A stretch of DNA of 33,130 nucleotides from a virus (taxonomy: Duplodnaviria; Caudoviricetes). Both the position numbers and the translations under genes were made by a program. Shown here in pieces: positions 16,813 to 26,654 of the stretch. The DNA is taken from IMG/VR virus record IMGVR_UViG_3300028588_000065, positions 1-33,130 of that record, one strand, 5' to 3'. The stretch's first letter is position 1. The number at the start of each line of letters is the position of its first letter. The notes below the pieces were generated by a model, which was given only the letters and a program-made list of their open reading frames with translations, did not search any database and had not been told where the DNA came from.

Positions 16813-19800
16813 GTCCGCCATCGCGTACGTCTCCGTCGTTCCGCAGGCCAAGGGTGCCGGCCGGGCGATCGAGCGGGAGATCAACCCGCAAGCACTCGGT
16901 ACGTCGATCGGCAGCAAGATGTCGCCCGGCTTCCTCAAGTCGGTCGGGTCGATGGCCGTGAAGTCCACCGCAATCGTCGGTGCGGGCGTCACGGCCATCG
17001 GCGCGAGCATCGCTGCCGTCGCCGCGAAGAAGGGCATCGCCCGACTCCTCGACATCGACGACGCCAAGGGCAAGCTCGCCGGGCTCAAGACCTCCACCGA
17101 GGGCATCGCCAAGATCATGGACAGCGCCCTCGCGTCCGTGAAGGGCACCGCGTTCGGGCTCGGCGACGCCGCTGGTGTCGCCTCGAACGCCGTCGCCGCC
17201 GGCATCAAGCCCGGCCAGGCGCTCACGAAGTACCTCAAGCTCACCGCTGACGCAGCCACCATCGCGGGCACCTCGCTCGGCGAGATGGGCTCGATCATCA
17301 ACAAGACCACCACCAGCGGCAAGGTCTACACCGACAACCTCAACCAGCTCGCCGACCGCGGCATCCCGATCTTCCAGTGGCTGCAGGACGAGTACAAGGT
17401 CTCCGCCGACGACCTGTCCGACATGGTCCGCAAGGGCGAGGTCGACTCGGCCACCTTCCGCAAGGTCATCGAGGAGAACATCGGCGGCGCGGCCCTCGCC
17501 TCCGGGAAGACCGTCCGCGGTGCGTGGGCGAACGTCGGCGCGTCCCTCGGTCGTCTCGGCGCGATGTTCCTCTCCGGAGCTGTCGCTGGCGCTACCACGC
17601 TCTTCACCTCCATCACGGGGGCAGTCGACCGTGGCACGGCAGCACTGCAGCCCTACGCGGACGTCCTCAACGAGAAGGTCTCGGCCGGTATGGCTGCCCT
17701 CGCAGGGTGGATCGACCGCGTCGACTTCGGCAAGGTCATCGCCGGGGCCTCCGCGTTCGCCGGCAAGGTCCGCGACGTCTTCACCTCGCTCAGCAGCGGC
17801 GACACCGACACCGCCCTCGGCAGCGTCGGCGCGTCCCTGTCCAAGCTCACCCCGGCCTTCACCGCGTTCCGCGACCAGCTCCCCGAGCTCGGCGACTCCG
17901 CCGGCAAGCTCGCCGCGGCCGGGATCACCGTCCTCGCCGGCGGGCTCGGGTTCCTCGCCGACCACGTCGACACGATCGTCAAGTACATGCCGCTGATCGT
18001 TGCCGGCTTCATCGCCTGGCAGCTCGCCTCCCGGGCGACGGCCGGGGCGTCGGTCGTGCTCCGCACCGCCGAGCTCCTGGCACTGCCGGTGCAGATCAAG
18101 CGAAACATCCTCCGCCTCGAGGCCGCGCGCCTCGAGTACGCGGCCGCGCGCGGCATGGGGGTCTCCGCAGCCGCGACCGCCGCCAACACCGGCGTCACCA
18201 ACCAGAACGCCTCGGCGCTCGGCCGCCTCACCCTCGCGCAGCGGATCTCGACCACGGCGACGACGGTCGGCACCGTCGCGACACTCATCGGCGCTGGCGC
18301 ACTTCGCATCTTCGGCGCTGCCGTGAAGGTCGCGATGGGCCCGATCGGCATCATCATCGCCATCGTCGGCGCGCTCGTCACCGGGCTCGTCTGGTTCTTC
18401 ACCCAGACGAAGCTCGGCCAGGCCATCGTGCAGACCGCCTTCGCCGCGATCAAGGTCGCGGTCGCAGCGGTCGGCGACGCCTTCGTGTGGCTCTGGGAGA
18501 ACGCGATCAAGCCCGCCTGGGACGGCATCGCCGCTGGGGCGACCTGGCTGTGGCGGACCATCCTGCAGCCCGCGTTCGCCGGCATCGGCCTCGCCGTGCA
18601 GACCGTCGGCGGGTTCTTCGTCGCCCTGTGGACGAACTACATCCAGCCGCCGCTCACCGCGATCGGCAACGCCGTCGGCTACCTCTGGAACAGCTGGATC
18701 TCCCCGATCTTCCAGCTGATCGGCGCGATCGTCGTCTGGGCAGCCAAGCTCTTCGGCTCGGCCGTCTCCGGGATCGTCGGCCTGATCGTCAACACCCTCG
18801 GTGCGACGTTCTCCTGGCTGTGGACCGGTGTCATCCAGCCCGTCTTCGCCTGGATCGGTGCGGCGATCTCGGTCTGGTGGACCACGGTTTCGTCGATCTT
18901 CGGCTTCGCCGTCGGCTTCGTCCGGGGAACCCTCGGTGTCGCCTTCACCTGGCTGTGGTCCAGCGTGATCTCGCCGGTGTTCAGCTGGATCGGTTCGGCT
19001 GTATCCGCCTGGTGGAACGGCCTGGTCCTGCCGATCTTCTCGGCCGTGGTCGGCTTCCTCCGGAACACCTTCGGTCCGGTGTTCACCTGGCTCCGCGACA
19101 CGATCATCGGCCCGGTCTTCTCCGGGATCGGCAGCGTCGTCCGCGGGGTCTGGAACTCCTGGATCAAGCCCGTCTTCGACAAGATCGTCAACATCGCGAA
19201 GGTCACCATCCCCGCGGCGTTCACGGTCATGAAGGACGGGATCGCCAAGGCGTGGGGTTTCGTGAAGTCCGCGGTGAAGGCCCCGATCAAGTTCATCGTC
19301 GAGACCGTCATCCAGGACGGCATCATCGGGAACTTCAACAAGCTCGCGAAGGTCTTCCACACGAAGCCGCTGCCGGACGTCTCCCTCCCCAAGGGCTTCG
19401 CCACCGGTGGCTACACCGGCCCCGGTGGGAAGTTCGACCCTGCCGGCATCGTGCACGCAGGCGAGTTCGTCTTCACCAAGGAGCAGACCGCGCGCCTCGG
19501 CGTCGGCCGGCTCTACGACATCGCCCGGAACGGGTACGCCAAGGGTGGTCTCGTCAGCGACGCGGGGAAGAACATCGCGTCGGGGTGGGACTGGCTCAAG
19601 GGCAAGGCCGGCAAGGCGTGGGACTGGACGAAGAACGCCGCCGAGACCGCACAGTCGGTCGTCTCCGACCCGATGGGCACCCTCGGCAAACTCGTCAAGG
19701 GCCTCATCGGCAAGGTACCCGGTGCCGGCGCGATGCTCGACATGGCGAAGGGCGTCGGCGGCAAGGTCCTCTCCGGCGTCATCGACAAGATCAAGGGGAT

Positions 19801-20479
19801 CGCCTCGGACGTCGGTGCCTTCGGTGGCAACGGCGCGAACGGGCAGCTCCCGTCGTCGGCGCTGGCGAAGGCCAGTGGCTTCGCTCCCGGCTCCGGTGTC
19901 GGCGCGACCGGCGGACTCCTGCAGAAGGGGGCCGCCGCCGCGTGGAACCTCGCCAACAAGGCATCGGGTGGCATCCTCCGGCTCACGGAGGGGTACCGCG
20001 ACCTCAAGGCGCAGGCGTACCGGTGGTCGTTGTTCCAGAACGGCGGCAACCTCGCAGCCGCCCCCGGAACGTCGGTGCACGGCCTCGGCCGCGCTGCCGA
20101 CGTCGCCGGCGGTCAGTCGTGGCTCCGCGCGAACGGCGCGAAGTACGGCTGGGCGAACACCGGTCTCGGGTTCTCGCAGCGGGAGCCGTGGCACTTCGAG
20201 TTCAAGGGAATGTCCCAGAACGTGCCGCAGCTCGCCGCCGGCGCGCTCATCGGCCGCCGGCCGGGCGGATCGCTCGTCAACGTCGGTGAAGGCCGGTACG
20301 ACGAGGCCGTGGTGCCGCTCACCCCGCGCATCAAGGAAAACCTCCTCGGCGGGAACCGGGCACCCAGTGAAGGCCGCGCGCCGCTGCATCTGCACCTCAC
20401 GGGGTCCGGGAACGTGCGGCAGGACCTCGACGACGTCAGCCACCACATGGAATCGATGCGCCGAGGAGGCCGCCAGTGA
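16802..20479 (+). CDS. Tape measure protein with C-terminal M15-family peptidase domain
   Basis: 1225 aa, AYVSVVP start, W-spaced repeats, FATGGYTG; SVHGLGRAAD and EPWH Zn motifs. Confidence 0.95.
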   Translation: MSTESAIAYVSVVPQAKGAGRAIEREINPQALGTSIGSKMSPGFLKSVGSMAVKSTAIVGAGVTAIGASIAAVAAKKGIARLLDIDDAKGKLAGLKTSTEGIAKIMDSALASVKGTAFGLGDAAGVASNAVAAGIKPGQALTKYLKLTADAATIAGTSLGEMGSIINKTTTSGKVYTDNLNQLADRGIPIFQWLQDEYKVSADDLSDMVRKGEVDSATFRKVIEENIGGAALASGKTVRGAWANVGASLGRLGAMFLSGAVAGATTLFTSITGAVDRGTAALQPYADVLNEKVSAGMAALAGWIDRVDFGKVIAGASAFAGKVRDVFTSLSSGDTDTALGSVGASLSKLTPAFTAFRDQLPELGDSAGKLAAAGITVLAGGLGFLADHVDTIVKYMPLIVAGFIAWQLASRATAGASVVLRTAELLALPVQIKRNILRLEAARLEYAAARGMGVSAAATAANTGVTNQNASALGRLTLAQRISTTATTVGTVATLIGAGALRIFGAAVKVAMGPIGIIIAIVGALVTGLVWFFTQTKLGQAIVQTAFAAIKVAVAAVGDAFVWLWENAIKPAWDGIAAGATWLWRTILQPAFAGIGLAVQTVGGFFVALWTNYIQPPLTAIGNAVGYLWNSWISPIFQLIGAIVVWAAKLFGSAVSGIVGLIVNTLGATFSWLWTGVIQPVFAWIGAAISVWWTTVSSIFGFAVGFVRGTLGVAFTWLWSSVISPVFSWIGSAVSAWWNGLVLPIFSAVVGFLRNTFGPVFTWLRDTIIGPVFSGIGSVVRGVWNSWIKPVFDKIVNIAKVTIPAAFTVMKDGIAKAWGFVKSAVKAPIKFIVETVIQDGIIGNFNKLAKVFHTKPLPDVSLPKGFATGGYTGPGGKFDPAGIVHAGEFVFTKEQTARLGVGRLYDIARNGYAKGGLVSDAGKNIASGWDWLKGKAGKAWDWTKNAAETAQSVVSDPMGTLGKLVKGLIGKVPGAGAMLDMAKGVGGKVLSGVIDKIKGIASDVGAFGGNGANGQLPSSALAKASGFAPGSGVGATGGLLQKGAAAAWNLANKASGGILRLTEGYRDLKAQAYRWSLFQNGGNLAAAPGTSVHGLGRAADVAGGQSWLRANGAKYGWANTGLGFSQREPWHFEFKGMSQNVPQLAAGALIGRRPGGSLVNVGEGRYDEAVVPLTPRIKENLLGGNRAPSEGRAPLHLHLTGSGNVRQDLDDVSHHMESMRRGGRQ

Positions 20480-21342
20480 ACGGGGACTGGACCATCAACT
20501 GCGGGCCGGACGGGGTCATCCCGTTCGGCTCGCAGCGCTCGGGGTACCCGTTCGCGATCGCCCCAGATATCGGCGATACCGAACGTGCCACGCAAGACGG
20601 CACGCTGCCCGGTGTGGACGGGGCGACCTTCGGGGTCGACACGTTCGCCGGGCAGACGGTCGCGTTCGGGCTCACCGCGATCGGAGAAACCGACGACGAC
20701 GCCCGGGCACTGTACGACGAGTTCCGGAAGACCTGGCGCGCGGACACGATCCGCTCAACGCCCGGCGAGCTCGCCATGCTCACCGCGCCGTCCGGCCGGT
20801 CGACGTTCGGGCGGACGAGGCGCATCACCCCGACGTTCTTCCCGAGCAACGCGGGGGCGGTCGGCATCACCGCCGACTTCGCCACCGCCGACGACCTCTG
20901 GTACGGCGACGAGGAGTTCCTTGAGGTGCCGCTCGCCCTGTCGCAGAGCGGCGGATTCGTGTTCCCCGCACGCTTCCCACTCGTCGCCCGCGGCTACACC
21001 ACCGCCTCGAACACCTTCGTCGTCCACGGCAGCAGGCCGACGTGGGGTGTCGTCGACGTCTTCGGACCCATCCTCAACCCCACCGTCGATGTGCCCGGCG
21101 CGTTCCGGTTCTCATCCCCGGTGTCGCTCGCCTACGACGAATGGCTCACGATCGACACCCGCCCGGGCCGCCGCTTCGTCACGAAGAACGGCGTCCAGAG
21201 CGCTCCGCTGACCCGGAAGTCCACGCTCCTGCCGGCGTCGGCGCTGCCGGTCGGCTCCCACACGATGACCCTGTCCGGGTCCGCAGCGACGGGCGTGCCT
21301 CGAGCGCGCATCAGCTGGCGGCCGGCGAACACCACCCCCTAG
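20476..21342 (+). CDS. Distal tail protein (Dit-like minor tail)
   Basis: GTGA-coupled to TMP; GPILNPTV, WLTIDTRP motifs. Confidence 0.75.
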   Translation: MNGDWTINCGPDGVIPFGSQRSGYPFAIAPDIGDTERATQDGTLPGVDGATFGVDTFAGQTVAFGLTAIGETDDDARALYDEFRKTWRADTIRSTPGELAMLTAPSGRSTFGRTRRITPTFFPSNAGAVGITADFATADDLWYGDEEFLEVPLALSQSGGFVFPARFPLVARGYTTASNTFVVHGSRPTWGVVDVFGPILNPTVDVPGAFRFSSPVSLAYDEWLTIDTRPGRRFVTKNGVQSAPLTRKSTLLPASALPVGSHTMTLSGSAATGVPRARISWRPANTTP

Positions 21343-21352
21343 GAGGGTAGCG

Positions 21353-22348
21353 ATGGCACTCGACCCAGTTCCCTTCGTGATCGGCGGCGACGCAGAGCAC
21401 GGTCCGGACGTGTTCCGGCAGGCGCTGTACCAGGCGACCGGCGGCAAGCAGGGCGTCAGCGCGCCCGGCGACCTCAAGGTCACCGCGCTCGACATCCCCG
21501 GCGCGGGCGTGCAGATCGCTGGGGGTGGCGGCACGATCCTCAACCGGGTCGCGTCGCAGCAGTCGTACGGCGTCCGCAACCCGACCGCGGACCTCGAATC
21601 GATCGTGGTCCCGCCGGCAGGCTCCGGCGGCGGACGGTCCCACCTGGTGATCTGCCGCGTCGACAACCCCTACGTCGACGGCAACGCGCAGGCACCCGCC
21701 GACCCGGTGCACGGCCCCTACAACAAGTTCGACATCATCCCCGACGTCCCCGCCGGCACCCGGTTCCTGCAGGAGCTGGACCAGTACAAGGGGCTGTCCG
21801 CGATCGAGCTCGCCCGCATCGACCTCCCGAAGTCGACCGGCACCGTGACGCCAGCGACCATCACCGACCTCCGGCAGCTCACCACGCCCCGAACGCTCCC
21901 TGTCCGGGTGTCGGCGACGCCGACGGACTACTACGTGACGATGGCGACGGGGCAGTGGAAGCCGTTCCCGGAGAAGCCGATCACGGGCCTGCAGGTCCCG
22001 GACTGGGCGACGCACGCGATCATCCGCCTCGAGACGGCGATGAAGTACCTCGAGGGCAACGCGTACGGCAACTTCCGCGGCTTCTTCGGACCGGCCGGCG
22101 CGCAGTCCACCGCGAACCTCTTCGCGACCCAGGGCATCGACGCGACGACCGCCGGCGGGCAGTACCGCCAACCGTTCATCGCCCCATCGAACGATGCGTT
22201 CCCGATCCCGAAGTCGCTCCGCGGCACCACCGTGCAGCTCACCGGGCTCGTGCAGCCGAACTCCGCGGCGAACAACGGGGCCCGCATCGGCACCGCGGCC
22301 GCGGACTACTACTTCGCCGACGTCACCTTCATCGAACGCATCAGCTGA
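21353..22348 (+). CDS. Minor tail/baseplate protein
   Basis: DLKVTAL, RSHLVICRV, ELARIDLP...ITDLR motifs of actinophage minor tail proteins. Confidence 0.7.
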   Translation: MALDPVPFVIGGDAEHGPDVFRQALYQATGGKQGVSAPGDLKVTALDIPGAGVQIAGGGGTILNRVASQQSYGVRNPTADLESIVVPPAGSGGGRSHLVICRVDNPYVDGNAQAPADPVHGPYNKFDIIPDVPAGTRFLQELDQYKGLSAIELARIDLPKSTGTVTPATITDLRQLTTPRTLPVRVSATPTDYYVTMATGQWKPFPEKPITGLQVPDWATHAIIRLETAMKYLEGNAYGNFRGFFGPAGAQSTANLFATQGIDATTAGGQYRQPFIAPSNDAFPIPKSLRGTTVQLTGLVQPNSAANNGARIGTAAADYYFADVTFIERIS

Positions 22349-22360
22349 CAGGAGCCCCGC

Positions 22361-23917
22361 ATGGCCGAGCGGTACATCATCCAGCGGGCGCTGTCGAAGG
22401 AAGTACTCTCGTACGACCTGCAAGGCGTCCAGCGTGGTGCGTTCGGCCCGCAGCTCTCTGCCGTCGGCACGCTGCCCCTGACGATCGGCCCGAGCGTGGT
22501 CATGCAGCCTGCGTCCGACGGCAAGCCGATGTTCGGCGAGTGGGAAACGCTGGTGACGCTCGACGACGATGGGCAGATCCGGTTCCGCGGCGTGGTCACG
22601 GCGATGAGCTGGGACGGCGAGAACGGCACCTGGTCGATCACCGTGTCGAGCATGCCCACCTGCCTGTTCGAGACCCCGTACGAGGGTGAAGCCTGGTATG
22701 GGGCACAGGTCGACCCAGCGTCGATCGTGGCCCGCCTGGTCGCGCACGTGCAGTCGTTCCCCGACTCCGACCTCGGCCTGACCGTCGTCGGGTCGACCGC
22801 GGTGAAGGTGGGTTCGTTCTCCACCCAGCGCCGCATCGCCGCAGAGGTCGCGTACGACGCCGAGGTGAAGACGTACACCGCGGAGAACAAGACCCTCACC
22901 GGGCTCCGCGACATCCTCGCCGACACCCGGAAGACCGCCGCAACCCGGCGCACCGCACGCGCGACCGCGTCGCGAGCCGTCACCGCGGCGAAGAAGACGG
23001 TCACCGCAGCGAAGACCGCCCTCACCGCGGCGAAGAAGACGAAGGACCCGGCGAAGATCGCGGCCGCCCAGGCAGCCCTGAACCAGGCCAACACGACGCT
23101 CACCAGCAAGACCGCGGCGCTCAACGACGCGACCGCCAGCCTCAACAGCGCCAACGCCTTCGTGAAGTCGCAGAACGACGACGTCACCGCCCAGTCGAAG
23201 GTCGTCGCCGCGGCGAAGGCGGCGAAGGACAAGGCAGCCGACGCGAAGAGCGCCGCTCAGCAGGCGGAGACCGACGACGGCGGCGCGTACGCGCTCGAGC
23301 CGTGGGAGGCGAAGGACTGCGGGCAGCTGCTCAACGAGCTCGCCAAGTCCACACCGTTCGACTGGACCGAGGAGCACTACTGGGCGGGTGACCTCCCGCA
23401 GAGTCGGATCCGGATCGCGTACCCGCGCGCCGGCCGTCGACTCAGTGGACCCGATGACCCCACCTTCGTGCAGGGCGTCAACATCTCGGTCGCGCTGAAG
23501 CCAGCCACCAACGGCAGCGACATGGCGACTGAGGCGTACGGCATCGGTGCCGGTGATGGTGCCGGCGCGCTGCGCCGATCGATCCGCGTCTCCAACGGCA
23601 AGCTTCGCCGCGTCGCGACGTTCCAGGCGAAGGACGTGAAAACGAAGCAGGCGCTCGACGCGAAGCTCCGCGCCGAGCTCACCGCGCGGCAGAACGTCCT
23701 CGCCGTCGACAGCATCACCGTCCTCGACCACCCGAACTCCAAGCGGGGCACCTACCACGTCGGGGACGACATCTTCGTCCAGGGCGACGTCGCGCACCAC
23801 GGCCGATTCGAGCTGTGGCACCGCATCGTCGCCATGAGCGAGACCACCGCCAACACCACCGAGCTCTCCCTTGAGCGCACGGACTCGTTCCTCTACGGCC
23901 AAGGAGTCGATGCATGA
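22361..23917 (+). CDS. Minor tail hub protein (Tal-like) with long Ala/Lys helical insert
   Basis: IRFRGVV, YPRAGRR, GIGAGDG, YHVGDDIFV motifs. Confidence 0.75.
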   Translation: MAERYIIQRALSKEVLSYDLQGVQRGAFGPQLSAVGTLPLTIGPSVVMQPASDGKPMFGEWETLVTLDDDGQIRFRGVVTAMSWDGENGTWSITVSSMPTCLFETPYEGEAWYGAQVDPASIVARLVAHVQSFPDSDLGLTVVGSTAVKVGSFSTQRRIAAEVAYDAEVKTYTAENKTLTGLRDILADTRKTAATRRTARATASRAVTAAKKTVTAAKTALTAAKKTKDPAKIAAAQAALNQANTTLTSKTAALNDATASLNSANAFVKSQNDDVTAQSKVVAAAKAAKDKAADAKSAAQQAETDDGGAYALEPWEAKDCGQLLNELAKSTPFDWTEEHYWAGDLPQSRIRIAYPRAGRRLSGPDDPTFVQGVNISVALKPATNGSDMATEAYGIGAGDGAGALRRSIRVSNGKLRRVATFQAKDVKTKQALDAKLRAELTARQNVLAVDSITVLDHPNSKRGTYHVGDDIFVQGDVAHHGRFELWHRIVAMSETTANTTELSLERTDSFLYGQGVDA

Positions 23918-26319
23918 ACTCGAGCGCCAAGATCGCCGCGCAGCTCCTCGACCACGAACGGCAGATCGCCCGGCTCGGGTCCGCGTCTCAGACCGCCAAC
24001 ACCACCATCGGCGGCGAGGCCGCTATCCCGCTCGCCGCCGTCGTCGCCGAAGAAGCCGCGACCAACGAAGCACTGCCGGTGATGCAGGACGACATCGCCT
24101 CTGCTGGCGACGCCGCATCGGACCTGCAGGACTCTCTCTCGGCGATGGAAGACGACCTCGACGCGCGCCTCGAGGAAGGCCGGGCAGAGCTCGAGGACGC
24201 TCGCGCCGAGATCGCCGACTCGATGCAGGACGTCGAGGACGCTTTCGGGCAGACCGTCGACGGGCTCTCCGAGGACGTCGAGACCGCGATCGTCGCCGCC
24301 GGCAGCGCGAAGACCGAAGCGGCCGCCGCCAGCGACGCTGCGCGGGACGCTGCGGGGCTCGCAGCATCCAAGGGCGAGACGATCACCCAGGTGTCCCCGC
24401 CGACCGGCTCCCGCGCCAACACCGCGAACCTGTGGATCGACAACTCCCAGACTGCCGCAGGTGTGCCGAAGAACCAGCCCAACCGGTACGGCCCGGTCAC
24501 CATCCCGGATCCCAACGTCGTCGCACTGATCCTGCCGGCGGCGACCGCAAAGACCGAGACGGAGGTCATGCGGATCTCGGTCGCGCCGGGCGCGAGCACC
24601 CCGGTGGCCCTGACGCTGTCCGTCAGCATGAACCTCGCGAGCATCGTGAAGTCCAGCATCGCGCGACTCCGTGACGGCCTCACCGGGGACGTGCTCGCCT
24701 CCTACGTGTTCTCCGACAAGGGCGACAGCACGACCGGCAACCAAGAGACATGGACGCTGCCTGCGGGCTTCACCGCTACCCCGTCAGCATCAGTCCTGGT
24801 GCTGACGATCCAGTCGAACAACGCGAACTCCCCGGCGGTCTACTCCCTGCACCGCACGATCACCGCGAGCAACTGGCAGGCCATCACCGACCAGAAGGCG
24901 ATCGACGCAGCAGCATCCGCCGCGACCGCAACCGCAGCAGCGGCCGCGGCGAAGGACATCGCCGACCAGGCCAACACCGCCGCCGGCGTCGCGAAGATCG
25001 CGGCCGACAACGCGAACACCGCAGCACTGCAGGCCGCCGGCATCGCGAACGGCAAGGGCAAGGTCATCCCGCAGGCGTCGAAGCCCACCGGCGCGAACGC
25101 CGCAGCGGGGAACCTCTGGATCCGGACGTCCGACAACACCCCTTGGGTCTACGACACGTCGATCCCAGACTGGGTGCAGGTCACCGACAAGAACGCCACG
25201 GATGCAGCAGCAGCAGCGGTCAAGGCGCAGCAGGACGCCACCGCCGCGACCAACGCCGCGAAGGCTGCCCAAGCCACCGCGGACAGCAAGCCGCTGATCC
25301 TGTTCTCCTCCACCGCGGGCCCTTCCGGGACTGCGCCGACGGGCACGATCTGGTTCCTCTGGGACCAGGCGAAGAACGTCGCCGGGCAGTGGCTGCAGTC
25401 GGGCACACTCGCGTCCCCGGTGTGGACGCCGCAGCAGATCCGCTCTGAGGTCATCGCGAACCTCGACGTCGCCAAGCTCACCGCCGGCAGCGCGGCCATC
25501 GCCGAGCTCGTCGCGCAGAAGATCGCCGCAGCGACCGGCAACTTCCAGACCGCGAACGTGTCGAACCTGTTCGTCACGTCCGGGGCGACGATGTCGCAGG
25601 CGGTCATCGACTACCTGTTCGTCAACGTCGTACAGGCGAAGAAGATCACCGCCGGCATGATCGACGTCAGCACTCTCAACGGTGTCGTCATCACCGGCGC
25701 GATCCTGCAGACGTCCGCCACCGGGAAGCGCGTCGTCCTCGCGAACAACGTCCTCACGTTCTGGGGTCTCAACGGCACGAACGCGGTCGCGGCCGGCGTG
25801 ATCGAGGGTGTTCCGAACGGTGCCGACCGCGGCATGATCCAGATCCGCTCCGCCGTGAACAACACCGTCAGCATGCTCTTCGGCAACGTTGCGCTGCCGG
25901 TGGCTGGGTCCGTCGAGGCGTCCGGCGACACCATGTGGATCCAGGACATGTACGTCACCCGGCTGTGGGACTCCGGCACCGGGCTGCTCATCGGCGGATC
26001 CGCGGCCGGACCAACCACGATCCCCGTCGCTAGCGGATACACCGGCAGCGGAGCGAGCGCGGTCAAGAGCGGCACGCAGGCGTACCTGCAGGGACAGATC
26101 GGCACTTCCGGTGGCGGGAACCTCGGCTCGAGCGCCGCCAATATCGGCACGATGCCCGCTCCGTTCCAGCCCACGCAGCCGCAGATCTTCCTTGTCGCCG
26201 GTGCGGGCGGCTTCATCGCCCGAATCCAGATCGCGACGAACGGGGTCATCAGCTACTCGGTGGTCGCCGGAGTCTCCACGTACCTCCGACTCGACGCCGT
26301 CTCGTACCGCCTGTCCTGA
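23914..26319 (+). CDS. Tail fibre / receptor-binding protein
   Basis: Coiled coil, three knob-like repeats (PTG...LWI), triple-beta-helix-like ANLDVAKLTAG/KITAGMID, C-terminal beta domain. Confidence 0.8.
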   Translation: MNSSAKIAAQLLDHERQIARLGSASQTANTTIGGEAAIPLAAVVAEEAATNEALPVMQDDIASAGDAASDLQDSLSAMEDDLDARLEEGRAELEDARAEIADSMQDVEDAFGQTVDGLSEDVETAIVAAGSAKTEAAAASDAARDAAGLAASKGETITQVSPPTGSRANTANLWIDNSQTAAGVPKNQPNRYGPVTIPDPNVVALILPAATAKTETEVMRISVAPGASTPVALTLSVSMNLASIVKSSIARLRDGLTGDVLASYVFSDKGDSTTGNQETWTLPAGFTATPSASVLVLTIQSNNANSPAVYSLHRTITASNWQAITDQKAIDAAASAATATAAAAAAKDIADQANTAAGVAKIAADNANTAALQAAGIANGKGKVIPQASKPTGANAAAGNLWIRTSDNTPWVYDTSIPDWVQVTDKNATDAAAAAVKAQQDATAATNAAKAAQATADSKPLILFSSTAGPSGTAPTGTIWFLWDQAKNVAGQWLQSGTLASPVWTPQQIRSEVIANLDVAKLTAGSAAIAELVAQKIAAATGNFQTANVSNLFVTSGATMSQAVIDYLFVNVVQAKKITAGMIDVSTLNGVVITGAILQTSATGKRVVLANNVLTFWGLNGTNAVAAGVIEGVPNGADRGMIQIRSAVNNTVSMLFGNVALPVAGSVEASGDTMWIQDMYVTRLWDSGTGLLIGGSAAGPTTIPVASGYTGSGASAVKSGTQAYLQGQIGTSGGGNLGSSAANIGTMPAPFQPTQPQIFLVAGAGGFIARIQIATNGVISYSVVAGVSTYLRLDAVSYRLS

Positions 26320-26333
26320 CCAGAAAGGCCCTC

Positions 26334-26591
26334 ATGGCCACCGAAGACGAACTCACCCTCGACACGTCAGGTGCCGGGGATCCCATCCCCGACGAGCCGA
26401 TCGTCGCGCCCCCGACCTACCCGGACACGACCGTCGGTTCGCTCATGCGTGACCGCGACACCGCCCGCCGCAACGCACAAGCAGCACGGGACCAGGTCGC
26501 GCAGTACCAGCGCATCGCGACCGAGGGTGACGCCCGCGCGGACGCCTTGCAGATCGCAATCGACGCGCTCGGCGGTGAAACCACCACCTAG
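26334..26591 (+). CDS. Small hypothetical protein (possible fibre chaperone)
   Basis: GAAAGG RBS; coiled-coil C-terminus; follows fibre. Confidence 0.65.
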   Translation: MATEDELTLDTSGAGDPIPDEPIVAPPTYPDTTVGSLMRDRDTARRNAQAARDQVAQYQRIATEGDARADALQIAIDALGGETTT

Positions 26592-26614
26592 CACCGCCCC
26601 GCCCCATCCGCTCC

Positions 26615-26640
26615 GCCGTCCCGCCCGGGGCGGCTTTTTT
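26615..26640 (+). terminator. Intrinsic terminator before lysis cassette
   Basis: GCCGTCCC gccc GGGGCGGC followed by T6. Confidence 0.75.
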
Positions 26641-26654
26641 CATGAGGAGGCCAC

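Noticed and set aside
18480-19260. Periodic Trp-containing repeats
   Set aside because: Ordinary tape-measure repeats, not a CRISPR array or DNA repeat element
19524-19534. CCCGGAACGGG matching the leader hairpin core
   Set aside because: Single copy inside the TMP coding sequence with no tandem partner; likely background
16748-20446. 1232-aa minus-strand ORF and 970-aa alternative-frame ORF over the tape measure gene
   Set aside because: Shadow ORFs caused by high GC3 codon bias; no motifs, RBS or plausible composition
21311-23902. 863-aa minus-strand ORF over minor tail genes
   Set aside because: Antisense in-register shadow
23914-26591. Diversity-generating retroelement or invertible fibre cassette
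   Set aside because: No reverse transcriptase, recombinase or near-identical template/variable repeat seen; repeats are diverged protein-level units
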